Assembly: GCA_038087875.1 (NCBI GenBank) | Contig: CM075992.1 | Span: 8,248,001-8,312,000, forward strand | DNA from: Malacoraja senta | Lineage: Eukaryota | Direction: 5' to 3' | DNA: 64,000 nt | In this document: positions 25,868-38,633 of the stretch, one piece after another | Layout: the number at the start of each line of letters is the position of its first letter | How positions within the stretch are numbered: the first letter of the stretch is position 1 | Translations under genes and position numbers: made by a program | The notes under the pieces: model-generated | Told to the model about the DNA's origin: nothing | Database searches by the model: none | The model's input: the letters and a program-made list of their open reading frames with translations, nothing else

Positions 25868-27597
25868 CTATTCCTTCGCTCCATAGATGCTGCCTCACCC
25901 GCTGAGTTTCTGCAGCATTTTTGTCTACCTTCGATTTTTCCAGCATCTGCAGTTCTTTCTTAAACACTGAGGCACTCCACTACATTGCTGTCTATCTTCG
26001 AGAGTAATTTAAGGGTTTAGTTGAGTCGTCAAGGAATAATTAACAAAGAAATCATACATTGATCAGAGAAAACTAAAGATAAATTAACAAATAGGAAACA
26101 TAAGAACACAAACAGAAACAGGAGAAGGCCATTTGAAACTGGTATATGCTCCATTGTTCATCTTTTACCTCAGCAGCACCCCTTCATCAAAAGTGATCTC
26201 CCTATGCAAGGTTATAAATATGTTAAGGAGTATAGGAAGGAACTACAGATGCTGGTTTAATCCAGAGATAGACACAAAAAGCTGGAGTAACTCAGCGGGT
26301 CAAGCAGCATCTTTGGAGAAAAGGAATAGGTGACGCTTTAGGTTGAAATCCTTCCTCAGGCTGAAAGTCAGGGGATATAGACGGTGATATAGAGAGATAT
26401 AGAACAAATGATTGAAAGAAATGCAAAAAGTACCACTGATCAAGGAAAGGTGGAGCCTACAATGGTCCATTGTTGGCTGTGGGGTAGGAGATAACGAGTT
26501 ACACAGACAATGAAACTCGACAGGACGACAGTGTAGCTAGTATGACGACGAGGTTGGGGGAGAGGCGGAGAGAGAAGGAAAGTTAGAAAGTTAGAGAAAT
26601 CAATGTTCATACCACTGGGTTGCAAGCTGCCCACTGAAATATGAGGTGCTGGTTCTCCAATTTGTGTGGCCTCACACTGACAATGGAGGCGGCCCATGAC
26701 AGAAAGGTTCGTATGGGAATGGGAAGGGGAGTTAAAGTGTTTAGCAACCGGGAGATCACCCGTTAAAGCAGGTCAGCGAAGGTTTATTGAACGAATACCT
26801 GGAATAAATGGATTGTCTAATGAAGAAAGGGTGGGCAGGCTACATTTAGACTAGGAGTTTGGAACACTGAAGTAAAACTTACTAAATCCTGACAAGCCTT
26901 GACAGAAGGGAGAGGATATTTCTTAATGTGGAAGCATTATTTAAAAGTAAAGGGTTGTCTTAAAAGGGATGAGCCCTTCTGGCTAATATTGTGGAATTAA
27001 GAAAGAAATGATAACAAAGACAAAAATGGCATTTGTGCCATTTGCTGGTAAGTATAACAACTAGAGGATTGAACAGATACATGTGGCTGAAGCGAGGAGA
27101 TGAGAAGAGAGTGTAGTCTTAATTAGGATTAGAATTCACAGATGTGGATTAAACAGGCTTGAGAGGCACGGTGGAATTAACATGGGATTGACATCTTTAT
27201 CATTAAAAATGTCCTGACTAATAGCACAGGAACAGGTTCTAAGTATTCCTCTAAACAGAAAAGATAGGAAAGGGAAGAAAGCATTGATGAAGGAGAATAT
27301 TGCAGTACTGGAGAGCAGAGATCCTGGAATGAAGGAGAATAGAACCTTGCTGCTTATAAGCAAGAACCTTGCTGCTTATAAGCAAGAGAAGTGTGAATTC
27401 CCTCCCCAGATGCTGCCTGACCAACTAAGTTCTTCCAGCACTTTGTGTTTTGCTCAAGATTCCCACATCTGCAGTTTTTTGCGTCTCCGGGTATTAAATG
27501 GATATGTTTGCATTGGTTTTCACCAGGGAAGAAGATACTTCCGTAATAGTGAAGGGAAAGACAGCTGAGACACTAACTGCATTAAAAATTGATACCA

Positions 27598-28061
27598 AGT
27601 ATAATATGGTGCAGCATAACCCTAGAAAGTTATTGTTTTAGAACTAGGTGATGGGTGTGAATCGTTATGAATTAGGCACATTCCCTTTCTTTTTTGTTTA
27701 GCTCGACCTTCTTTGGATTTTTTTACTTATTTCCATTCTTCTCTTTGGGGCCTTTCTTTTCTTTTTTCTTTCTTCTTTATTTATCTATTTATTTATTTAT
27801 TTATTTCACCTTTTTTTCACATTCTCAAGCACGCAGTCTACTTAACCATCATAATTCATTTAACGCCAACTACTGCGGACTACACTTCACTACTATCCTC
27901 ACTCTTCTCTTCTTTCTCTTTTCTCTTTTTCTATTACAGGTTAAAGTTGGGGGGTTTTAAAGAGAAGTTGTACACAAAATGTATTATGTTGCATATCATG
28001 ATTTAAGATGTATGTACGTACAATGCTTCTAATAATAAATAAATAAATAAATACAAATTAA
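27598..28061 (+). mobile_element. A-tailed retroposed insertion (L1-type 3' UTR?)
   Basis: 14-bp TSD aaaaattgatacca (27584-97, 28062-75) at a TT/AAAA site; ends in (aaat)n and A-run. Confidence 0.65.
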
Positions 28062-28271
28062 AAAAATTGATACCATGCATATGTTAGGAAAGTTAGTTGA
28101 GCTTCAGAGTAAATCACCAAGACTGGATGGGACATCTCGGAATATGAGGAAATACAGAAGAACAAAGGATATTGAGAGGTTCAGCAGGGAAAAGTAGGAA
28201 GCACGTCAGGTATAGGAAATTGGTATCAAAGAAGTCACTTGAGGTTTATAGTGGATATAGGCGAGAAGAAA

Positions 28272-28710
28272 AAGTTTAGTTTATTATTGTCACATGTACC
28301 GAGGTACAGTGATAAGGTTTGTGTTGCATGCTAATCAGTCAGCAAAAAGACTACATGATTATAATCAAGCCGTTTGCAGTGTACAGATACAGGATAAAGG
28401 GTATAACGTTTAGTGCAAGATAATGTCCAGTAAAGTCCGATTAAAGATAGTTTGAAGGTCTCCAATGAGGTAAATGGCAGGTCAGGGCCGCTGTTTATTG
28501 GGTGAGAGGACGTTTCAGTTGCCTGTTAACAGCTGGGAAGAAACTATCCCTGAATCAGGAGGTGTGCGTTCTCACACTTCTGAACCTCTTGTCTGATGGG
28601 AGAGAGCAGAGGGAGTGTCCGGGGTGACACGAATCCTTGATTTTGTTGATGACCTTGCCAAGGCAGCGTGAAGTGTAGATGTAATCAATGGAAGGGAACT
28701 TGGTTTGCGT
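28272..28710 (-). mobile_element. Rex1/Babar-like LINE 3' end
   Basis: Reverse-complement homolog of 23995-24412. Confidence 0.78.
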
Positions 28711-29700
28711 GAAAAGGGGCCATGGTATAACCTTGGCAAGTGTGATTAGAGAGAAACCAAGAACCTTTCATGTGTATATTAGAATCAAGAGGGTTGCTTA
28801 GGAAACAGTAGGTCCTTCGGGGAACAAAAAAATAATCGACGTGTGGAGCCAGGGGATAGAAGCCAGGTCCAAAATGAATACTTCTCATCGGTATTCATCA
28901 GGGTGAAGGATGTGGAGTTAAAAGGAAGAGTACATTGATATTCTGGAGCTTGTCTGTATCAGGAGGAAGTGTTAGAATATTGGTGCACACAAAATGCTAA
29001 AGGAAGCAAGTGGCTCTGACGAAGATTTTTGCATCTTTGTTAGCTGCACGTGAAGTATCAGAAGACTGGAGGATGGCTAAGGTTGTCATTTTTTTTTTTT
29101 TTTAAAGACAAGGCTGGAATCCACTGGCTGGTGAGATTAGTGGTAAGGAAGATTCCAAGGAACAGGATATATTTACACTTGAAAAGGCAGGGTTTGATTA
29201 GGTTTTGTGCAAGGGAGATCATGTCCCATAAATCCAATTATGCTTTTTGAGGAGATAACTAAAAGATTGATGAAGGCAGACTTATGACATAAGGGATCCA
29301 AGGTGTGTTGGCGAACTGGGCCCAAAACGACACTACTACATTGGCATTGTCGACTCATCAAAATGCTGAAGTGGAAACCTTACCCTTGATTCTAAGGGAT
29401 TGCCTCAGAAGTAGAATCAAATAGGTCAAGTGGTCACTTCTTTACTGCTGAACCTACAAATTTATGTACAAATAAAGAATGGCAGATACTGGTTTAGACC
29501 AAAGATAGACACAAAGTGCATAAGTAACTCAGCGGGTCAGGCAGCTTCTCTAGAGATAAAGGATGGGTGACGTTTCGGGTCGGGATCCTTCAATGGGTCC
29601 CAACCTGAAACGCCACCCATACTTTTTCTCCAGAGATGCTGCCTGACCCGTTGAATTACTACATCACTGTGTGTATCTACAAATCTATGTATATCTAATA

Positions 29701-30373
29701 TTCCGTAACTCCCTTGTCAATTCTTCCCTTCCCTCCCGTACCACCCACTCCCCGGGTACTTTCCCTTGCAACCGCAAGAGATGCAACACTTGTCCCTTCA
29801 CCTCCCGCCTCGACTCCATTCAAGGACCTAAGCAGTCGTTCCAGGTGCGACAGAGGTTCACCTGCATCTCCTCCAACCTCATCTATTGCATCCGCTGCTC
29901 TAGATGCCAGCTGATCTACATCGGTGAGACCAAGCGGAGGATTGGCGATCGTTTCGCCGAACACCTCCGGTCGGTCCGCAATAACCAACCTGACCTCCCG
30001 GTTGCTCAGCACTTCAATTCCCCCTCCCATTCCGTATCTGACCTCTCTGTCCTGGGTCTCCTCCATGGCCACAGCGAGCAACACTGGAAATTGGAGGAAA
30101 TGCACCTCATATTCCGCTTGGGCAGTCTACATCCTGGGGGTTTGAACATTGAATTCTCCCAATTCTGCTAGCCTTTGCTGTCCCCTCCCCTTCATCAGCC
30201 CTCTGGTTGTCTCCTCCCCTCCCCCAGCCCTCGGGCTCCTCCTCCGCCTTTTTTCCTTTCTTCTCCCCACCCCCTATCAGTCTGAAGAAGGGTTTCGGCC
30301 CGAAACGTTGCCTGTTTCCTTCGCTCCATAGATGCTGCTGCACCCGCTGAGTTTCTCCAGCATTTTTGTGTAC
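29701..30373 (+). mobile_element. Penelope-like element 3' fragment (GIY-YIG)
   Basis: Near-identical to the 3' part of 51005-52472. TSD ctatgtatatctaata at 29685-29700 and 30374-30389. Confidence 0.95.
30280..30311 (+). ncRNA. Minimal hammerhead ribozyme-like motif in a Penelope terminal repeat
   Basis: gtCTGAAGAAGGGTTTCGGCCCGAAACGTTgc. Confidence 0.6.
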
Positions 30374-30582
30374 CTATGTATATCTAATACCTTATTTAAT
30401 AAGATTTCAGTCAGAACTTGGACTAGTTTCTTTGGACACCTATAATTAGTTGGACTCTTTATTTCCAAGATCACTTCAGATCTATAATAGAATGGTTGCC
30501 CACATTTGTTTATTATGCTTATTGGTTCAATTCATATGTAAAAATAACTTTCTTCACAGTCTTAAACTCATGAGAACCTTGG

Positions 30583-30712
<130 letters not shown>

Positions 30713-30910
30713 ATTGCCGTGTCACGTTGCAGGGGATGGAGCACAGTTCCTGGATCAATATTCCCAATCATGAAAAATATTAAATGTCAAAATTTTACTA
30801 CTTGTTTCAAAACCTGAGTCAACTTTTTCTGCATCAACAGGAATTAAAGAGCAGCTAATGCAAAGATTGCTTTCTATATGGAAGCTCAATTACAAAAAGT
30901 TCTTCCTTAC

Positions 30911-31065
30911 CTTTATGGGTCCAGTGGTGTACATTTGGATCATATTCTCAGCTCCTTGTTTCACCTTCATCTCGATATTTAGCTGCTTTTCAAATGCCAC
31001 AATGCGGTTCTTGTTGGCCGTCGAACGAGCCTCCCGGCTCAAAGCACCAGGAGACCGAGGTCCAT
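30911..31065 (-). CDS. pkn1: PKN1-like exon 3 (start of HR1b)
   Basis: tgcag|(D)[51 protein letters not shown]|gtaagg; 155 nt, phase 1 to 0. DGPxSPG resembles PKN1 rather than PKN2. Confidence 0.95.
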
Positions 31066-31104
31066 CTGCACAGAAAAATCAGATCATCATTTGTATTTGT
31101 CAGT

Positions 31105-31330
31105 TTTAGTTTAGTTTAGTTTACTGTCATGTGCTCTGAGGTACAGTGAAAAGCTTTTGTTGCATGCTAACCAGTCAGCAGAAAGACAATACATGATTAC
31201 AATCGAACCATTTACAGTGTATAGATACATGATAAGGGAATAATGTTTAGTGCAAGGTAAAGCCAGCCGATCAAGGATAGTCCAAGCGTCAGCATTGTGG
31301 TCGATAGCAGTTCAGCACTGCTCTCTGGTT
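31105..31330 (-). mobile_element. Rex1-like 3' UTR fragment
   Basis: Homologous to the 23995-24412 tail; lies 40 bp from the exon 3 acceptor. Confidence 0.7.
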
Positions 31331-31610
31331 GTTTCCAGTGCACAAAAACAAGACCAAGTCATTGAAACTCACTTCATGTGAGCATTAAACTGTGCGACGA
31401 CACTTCTTCACTAAGATCCGCTCCGATCCCGGCCACGGGCAAACGAGCCTCAGCCAAGTCCAATTAAGGGTTATTGGACCAATTCACGATCCTACAGAAC
31501 TACCCCTTATAAAATCTTGAGCCCAAGGAGGAAAGGAGGGGGTAAAAATAGAAATGGCTGTGGGGATGATGCTGCACCCTCCTGTTTGGTGTTGGAAATA
31601 AAGGTAGGTG

Positions 31611-31762
31611 TGGGTGCGTCTGTGTGTGCGTGCGTCTATGTGTGTGTGCGCGTCTGTGTGTGTGTGCGTCTATGTGTGTGCGTCTATTGTGTGTGCGTCT
31701 ATGTGTGTGCGTCGGTGTGTGTGTCTGTGTCTCTGCGTGTGCGTGTGCGTGTGCGTGTGTGT
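31611..31762. repeat. GT-rich compound microsatellite
   Basis: (gtgtgtgcgtct)n-like. Confidence 0.9.
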
Positions 31763-32092
31763 ACAGGAAAAATGTTCCCAATGTTGGGCGAGTCCAGAAC
31801 CAGGGGCCACAGTCTTAGAATAAAGGGAAGACCATATAAAGGGAAGGCCATTTAAGACTGAGGTGAGAAAAAACTTTTTGACCCAGAGAGTTCTGAATTT
31901 GTGGAATTCCCTGCCACAGAGAGCAGTGAAGGCCAAATCACTGGATGGATTTAAGAGAGAGTTAGATAGAGCTCTAGGGGCTAGTGGAATCAAGGGATAT
32001 GGGGAGAAGGCAGGCATGGGTTATTGATTGGGGACGTGATCGCAATGAATGGCGGTGCTGGCTCGAAGGGCCGAATGGCCTCCACCTGCACC
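31762..32092 (+). mobile_element. CR1 3' end nested inside a solo LTR
   Basis: [15 protein letters not shown] and CR1 3' UTR. Confidence 0.9.
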
Positions 32093-32930
32093 TCTTTTTT
32101 TTTTTTTTGTGTTTGTGTGTGTGCGTGCGTGCGTGCGTGTGTGTGTATGAGTGCGCGCGCGCGTGCATTCATTACGGATCTGGCGTCATGGCCGATGCCA
32201 CAACTGCTACAATGAAAGCAGGTACATAAAACTCAGTGAGCTATCCACAACAATACTGCAATGCGGCTGTACTCCACAGTGCTGTTGGATAGGGAGTTCC
32301 GGGATTTAGATTTAGCAACAATAAGGGACTGGCACTATGTTTTCCACATCAGGAAAAGTTTCTGTGAGCAGTATATACCCATGCACCTGCTACCTGGAGT
32401 GATGGCAGAGGGGATGGTGGTTAGAGGGGTTGCAATCAAGTGAATTGTTTGTCTCAATGGTGTGAGAATCTTTTTTTAAAGGAGTTGTTGGGTCTGTACT
32501 CATCCAGGCAAGAGCCCAGTCTGAAGAAGGGTCCAAATCAGTTCAAATTCAGTTTCAGTTCAGTTGTCACTATCCTCGTTCTCCAGAGATGCTGCCTGAT
32601 CCGCTGAGTTGCCCAGGTACTTGATGTATTTTTCAGGCAAGAGTATTCCTTGTAGATGGTGGAGACACACTCGGATGCCAGGTGTGTCACTCGCCACGCC
32701 CAGCCTCAGATCTGCTCTTGTGGCCATGGTATTTCTGGGGCTGTTCCAGTTTACTTTCTGATCAATGGTGACACCCTCCCAGCACACTCCATCCGCCCCC
32801 TCCAGAATGTTGATGATGGGGGATTTAGTAATGGTAATACCATGAACTGTCAAGCAAAAGTGGTTAGACACTTCCTTTTGAAGACAGTCACTGTCTGGCA
32901 CTTTGTAGCTTGAATGTTACTCACCAATTA

Positions 32931-33507
32931 CTTCCCCCCTTGACTCCATCCAAGGACCTAAGCAGTCTTTCCAGGTGCGGCAGAGGTTCACCTGCACCTG
33001 CTCCAACCTCATCTATTGCATCCGCTGCTCTAGGTGTCAACTGCTCTACATCGGTGAGACCAAGTGTAGGCTTGCTATCGCTTCGCCCAACCTCAGTTCG
33101 CAATAACCAACCTGATCTCCCGGTGGCTCAGCACTTCAACTCCCCCTCCCATTTCGAATTTGACCTTTCTGCCCTGGGCCTCCTCCATGGCCAGAGTGAG
33201 TCCCACCGCAAATTGGAGGAGCAGCACCTCATATTTCGCTTGGGTAGTTTACACCCCAGCGGTATGAACATTGACTTCTCCAATTTCAGGTAGTCCTTGC
33301 TTTCTCCCTTCCCCCTCCCCTTCCCAGCCCACTGTCCGCCTCTTCCTTTCTTCTTCCCGCCCCCTCCATCCCCTCGTCAGTCTGAAGAAGGGTCTCGACC
33401 CGAAACGTCACCCATTCCTGAGCTCCATAGATGCTGCCTCACCCGCTGATTTTCTCCAGCATTTTTGTCTACCTCGATTGTTCCAGCATCTGCAGTTCCT
33501 TCTTAAA
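32931..33507 (+). mobile_element. Penelope-like element 3' fragment, second subfamily
   Basis: Frameshifted GIY-YIG (YIGET; VAQHFNS; RKLEEQHLIFRLG), flanked by caccaatta repeats. Confidence 0.9.
33380..33411 (+). ncRNA. Minimal hammerhead ribozyme-like motif in a Penelope terminal repeat
   Basis: gtCTGAAGAAGGGTCTCGACCCGAAACGTCac. Confidence 0.65.
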
Positions 33508-33984
33508 CACCAATTATCACTGTGTCTCTGAGCATTGTCTAAGCTGTACTATGTTCAGGCCGCTTCATTTGCCGAGGACTGCAATGGAATTGGATACTGT
33601 ACAATCATTGTGAAATATCCTCATTTCTGACTTTTAGGATCCAAGCAAGGTCATTGATGAAGCAGCAGAAGATGTTCAAGGTATGATTCAAACCAGTGGT
33701 GCGTTTTCCAATTGCAGGAATATTCAGGATATTGAATATGCAGGGAGGTGGTTAGAGTCTCTCTTTTATCTATAGTCACCGACTGGCACTTTTGTCACAC
33801 AAATGTGACTCATCACTTATCAGGCCTGGGGGGGTTTCAAGTGCGCTCTTGTAATTTTGTCTGAATTACAGGAGTTGCTAGACCACCAATTGCTGGGAAA
33901 TTGATGGCGCACCTGTACATTTTTTCTAAGGAATTCAGTACTGAGGGATAACCCAGAAGTTGCTTTCTACACCGCAATTGACGG

Positions 33985-34293
33985 CACTTGGCCTGTACTC
34001 GCTGGAGTTTAGAAGAATGAGGGGGGACATCATTGAAACTTACTGCATAATTAATAGTTAAAGGCCTGGATAGAGTGGATGTGGAGAGGATATTTCCACA
34101 AGTAGGAGAGTCTCGGACCAGAGGTCACAGCCTCAGAATGAAGGAGATGAGGATGAATTTATTTAGTCAGTGGTGGTGAATCTGTGCAATTCTTAACCAC
34201 AGAAGGCTGTGGATATTTTAAAGGCAGAAATAGATAGATTCTTGATTAGTACGGGTGTCAGGGGTTATGGGAAGAGGCATGAGAATGGGGTTA
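33985..34293 (+). mobile_element. CR1 3' fragment hosting the long CR1 (resumes at 37461-37548)
   Basis: LGLYSLEFRRMRGD...[13 protein letters not shown] sequence. The tail continues after the insertion. Confidence 0.8.
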
Positions 34294-37200
34294 TAGACAA
34301 TAGGTGCAGGAGTAGGCCATTGAGCCAGCACCGCCATTCAATGTGATCATGGCTGATCATCCCCAATCAGTACCCCATTCCTGCCTTCTCCCCATATCCC
34401 TAGACTCCGCTATCTTTAAGAGCCCTATCTAGCTCTCTCTTGAAAGTATCCAGAGAACCGGCCTCCACCACCCTTTGAGGCAGAGAATTCCACAGACTCA
34501 CAACTCTCTGTGAGAAAAAGTGTGGACTCCCCCAACATCGGGAACATGTTTCCTGCCTCTAGCTTGTCCAAACCCTTAACAATCTTATATGTTTCAATAA
34601 GATTCCCTCTCATCCTTCTAAACTCCAGAGTATACAAGCCCAGCTGCTCCATTCTCTCAGCATATGACAGTCCCGCCATCCCGGGAATTAACCTTGTGAA
34701 CCTACGCTGCACTCCCTCAATAGCAAGAATGTCCTTCCTCAAATTAGGGGACCAAAACTGCACACAATACTCCAGGTGTGGTCTGTACAACTGCAGAAGG
34801 ACCTCTTTGCTCCTATACTCGACTCCTCATGTTATAAAGGTCAACATGCCATTCGTTTTCTTCACTGCCTGCTGTACCTGCATGCTTACTTTCATAGACT
34901 GATGAACAAGGACCCCAGATCCCATTATACTTCCCCTTTTCCCAACTTGACGCCATTTAGATTGTAATCTGCCTTTGTTTTTGCTACCAAAGTGGATAAC
35001 CTCACATTTATCCACATTAAACTTTATCTGCCATGCATCTGCCCACTCCCCCAACCTCTCCAAGTCACCCTGCATTCTCATAGCATCCTCCACACAGTTC
35101 ACACTGCCACCCAGCTTTGTGTCCTCTGCAAATTTGCTAATGTTACTTTGAATCCCTTCATCCGAATCATTGATGTATATTGTAAATAGCTGCGGTCCCA
35201 GCACCGAGCCTTGCGGTACCCCACTAGTCACTTCCTGCCATTCTGAAAGGGACCCGTTAATCCCTATTCTTTGTTTCCTGTCTGCCAACCAATTTTCTAT
35301 CCATGTCAGCACTCTTCCCCCAATACCATGTGCCCTAATTTTGCCCACTAATCTCCTATGTGGGACCTTATCAAATGCTTTCTGAAAGTCCATGTACACT
35401 ACATCCACTGACTCTCCCTTGTCCATTTTCCTGGTTACAGCCTCAAAAAATTCCAGAAGATTAGTCAAGCATGATTTCCCCTTCGTAAATCCATGCTGAC
35501 TCGGACCGATCCTTTTACTGCTATCCAGATGTGCGGCTATTTCATCTTTTATAATTGACTCCAGCATCTTCCCCAACACCGATGTCAGGCTAACTGGTCT
35601 ATAATTCCCTGTTTTCTCTCTCCCGCCTTTCTTAAAAAGTGGGGTGACTACTGTGGATTAGCTACCCTCCAATCCACAGGAACTGATCCTGAGTCGAAAG
35701 AACATTGGAAAATTATCACCAATGCATCCACGATTTTTAGAGCCACTTCCTTAAGTACCCTGGTATGCAGACCATCAGGCCCTGGGGATTTATCAGTCTT
35801 CAGTCCCATCAGTCTACCCAACACCATTTCCTGCCTAATGTGGATTTCCTTCAGTTCCTCCGTCACCCCAGATCCTCTGGCCACTACTATATCAGGAAGA
35901 TTGTTTGTGTCCTCCTTAGTGAAGATCGATCCAAAGTACCTGCTCAACTCATCTGCCATTTCCTTGTTCCCCATAATAAGTTCACCTTTTTCGGTCTTCA
36001 AGGGTCCAACTTTGGTCTTAACTAAATTTGTCCTCTTCACATACCTAAAGAAGCTTTTACTATCCTCCTTTACATTCTTGGCTAGCTTACCTTCGTACCT
36101 CATCTTTTCTCCCCGTATTGCCTTTTTAGTCATGTTCTGTTGCTCGTTAAACATTACCCAATCCTCTTGCTTCCCGCTCATCTTTGCTACGTTGTACTTC
36201 TCTTTTATTTTTATACTGTCCCTGACGTCCCTTGTCAGCCACAGTCGCCCCTTACTCCCCTTAGAATCTTTCTTCCTCCTAGGAATGAACTGATCCTGCA
36301 CCTTCTGTATTATTCCTAGAAATACCTGCCATTGTTGTTCCACTATCATCCCTGCTAGTGTATCTTTCCAGTCAACTTTGGCCAGCTCCTCCCTCATGGC
36401 CCCATAGTTCAAATGTAACACTGACACCTCCGATCTACCCTTCTCCCTCTCCAATTGTAGATTAAACCTGACCATATTATGGTCACTACCTCCTAATGGC
36501 TCATTAACCTCAAGTTCCTTTATCAAATCCGGTTCATTGCATAACACTAAATCCAGAATTGCCTTCTCCCTGGTAGGCTCCAATACAAGCTGCTCTAAGA
36601 ATACTTCACAAAGGCACTCTACAAAGTCCCTTTCTTGGGGTCCAGTACCAACCTGATTTTCCCAGTCTACCTGCATGTTGAAATCTCCCATAACAACCAC
36701 AGCATTACCTTTGCTACATGCCAATTTAACTCCTGATTCAACGCACCCATGTCCAGGCTACTGTTTGGGGGCCTGTAGATTAGTCCCATTAGGGTCTTTT
36801 TACCCTTACAATTCCTTAGTTCTATCCATACTGACTCCACATCTCCTGTTTCAATGTCACCCCTTGCAAGGGACTGAATTTCATTCCTCACCAACAGAGC
36901 TACCCCACCCCCTCTGCCCACCTGCCTGTCTTTTCGATAGGAGGTATACCCTTGAATATTCAGTTCCCAGCCCTGGCCCTCTTGCAGCCATGTCTCTGTA
37001 ATTCCCACAACATCATACTTGCCAATTTCTAACTGAGCCTCAAGCTCGTCCACTTTATTTCTTATACTTCGCGCATTCATATACAACACTTTGACCTCCG
37101 TATTCACGTCCCCCCCTTGCACTGCTCGCAATTGGCCGACCTTACTCTCTTCTAGAACTTTCCTTCCCATTAATTCGAGAATCTTTTGTAACTTTTCCTG

Positions 37201-37460
37201 TACTCACTTCCCCTTCGACTCCAACTTTATACTCCCAATTTGTCAATTTCTCCCCCCCCACTATTTAGTTTAAACCCACACATGTAGCCCTAGCAAACCT
37301 GCGTGCCAGAATGTCGGTCCCCCTCCAGTTAAGGTGTAACCCGTCCCTTTTGTACAGGTCACCCCAAGCGACTTTGAGTCCTTGAAAAGCGCTATATAAA
37401 TAAAATGTATTATTATTATTATTACCCCAGAAGAGATCCCAGTGGTCTGTAAATCTAAAA
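34294..37460 (-). mobile_element. Long CR1 LINE (ORF1 esterase C-terminus plus frameshifted ORF2 with APE and RT)
   Basis: GDLYKRDGLHLN near 37330; YMNARSIRNK, GITETW, MGDFN, GSDHN; QHGF, DFQKAFDKV, GVPQGSVLGP, KFAEDTKLGG. Nested in another CR1 3' end with ggtta duplication. Confidence 0.95.
37367..37421 (+). mobile_element. Tiny 5'-truncated L2 insertion
   Basis: About 55 nt matching the 56554-56611 tail with one mismatch, flanked by acccca duplication. Confidence 0.85.
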
Positions 37461-37591
37461 GGTTAGGAGGGAGAGATAGATCAGCCATGATTGAATGGCA
37501 AACTTGATGGGCCGAATGGCCTAATTCTGCTCCTATCACTTATGACCTTATACATTATTTCAACACAAACACAAAACATTGCAGCCATTAC

Positions 37592-37893
37592 CTTGCAGTT
37601 CGTCTGGATCTTTCACCACAATGTGTGCATTGAGATCCTGCAGTTGCTCGTGCAGCGTCTCCAGTTTTCGATTGGAGTTTTTCAGGACGTGTTCCACATT
37701 GGACAGATTCTTTTTATCAGTTGTCACTTTCCGCAGGTTCTCCGCACCTTCTTTTATCTTCAACCTCTTTCCTGATCTCACGTTTAATCTGCTCTTTGGC
37801 CTCATCCAACTTCTGCTGGAAGGACGTGTCCGAGAAATCTGAGCTCTGGTCAAATCCAAGTTGTTCAAGTATTGGCATGTTTCCAGGATCACT
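37592..37893 (-). CDS. pkn1: PKN1-like exon 2 (HR1a), with apparent +1 frameshift at 37764/37765
   Basis: Acceptor ttgcag, then [100 protein letters not shown], donor G|gtaatg. Length is 302 nt where the phases need 301. Confidence 0.93.
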
Positions 37894-38269
37894 CTGCAAG
37901 GAAACCAAAGGATTTAATTGTCTTTGTTATAGACTTCACTGCAGCGAATGTACAGTAACTTACTTCAACAGTGTGTTAAAAATCCTGAGAGGATTTCATT
38001 GAGGAGGAGAAGAAAGGAGGGTCTGTGGATATACTAAACGTCATTGTGCAGATTTAAAAAGGCCGTAAACTAGATTAAACCGTGGTGCAAACAAAAACAC
38101 CAAGGCATGTTATAATTGTACACTACAACTGTGTAGACACAAGGAACTGCTGATGTTGGAATCTTGAGCAGAATGCAAAGTGCTGGAGCAACTCAGCAGG
38201 TCAGGCAGCATCTGTACAAGAAATGACAGATGATATTTTGGGACGTGATCCTACTTCAGGCAGGAGTCG

Positions 38270-38633
38270 AATAGTGAAAGGTTTGGATAGAGTGAATGTG
38301 GGGGATGTTTCTACTAGTGGGAGAGTCTAGGCCAGAGGTCACAGCCTCAGAATTAAAGGACATTCCTTTAGGAAAGAGATGAGGAGGAATTTCTTTAGTC
38401 AGAGGGTGGTGAATCTGTGGAATTCATAGCCACAGAAGGCTGTGGAGGACAAGGCAACGGATATTTTTAAGGCAGAGATAGATAGTTTCTTGATTAGTAC
38501 GGGCGTCCGGGGTTATGGGGAGAAGGCAGGTGAATGGGGTTAGGAGGGAAAGATAGTTCAGCCAATTATTGAATGGCGGAGCAGACGTGATGGACCGAAT
38601 AGCCTAATTCTGCTATCAATTATGATCTTATGA
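38270..38633 (+). mobile_element. CR1 3' end
   Basis: [14 protein letters not shown]...FFSQRVVNLWNS and 3' UTR. Confidence 0.85.

Larger units (their letters stand above)
25455..25965. mobile_element. Cluster of nested Penelope-derived short elements
   Basis: Four copies of the terminal repeat in alternating orientation. The pair at 25745-25965 is almost perfectly inverted. Confidence 0.8.
31393..32202 (+). mobile_element. Solo LTR with expanded GT microsatellite and nested CR1
   Basis: TGCGACG...GCCACA, 4-bp TSD actg (31389-92, 32203-06), CCAAT motifs, TATAAAA near 31508, AATAAA near 31597. Confidence 0.8.
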
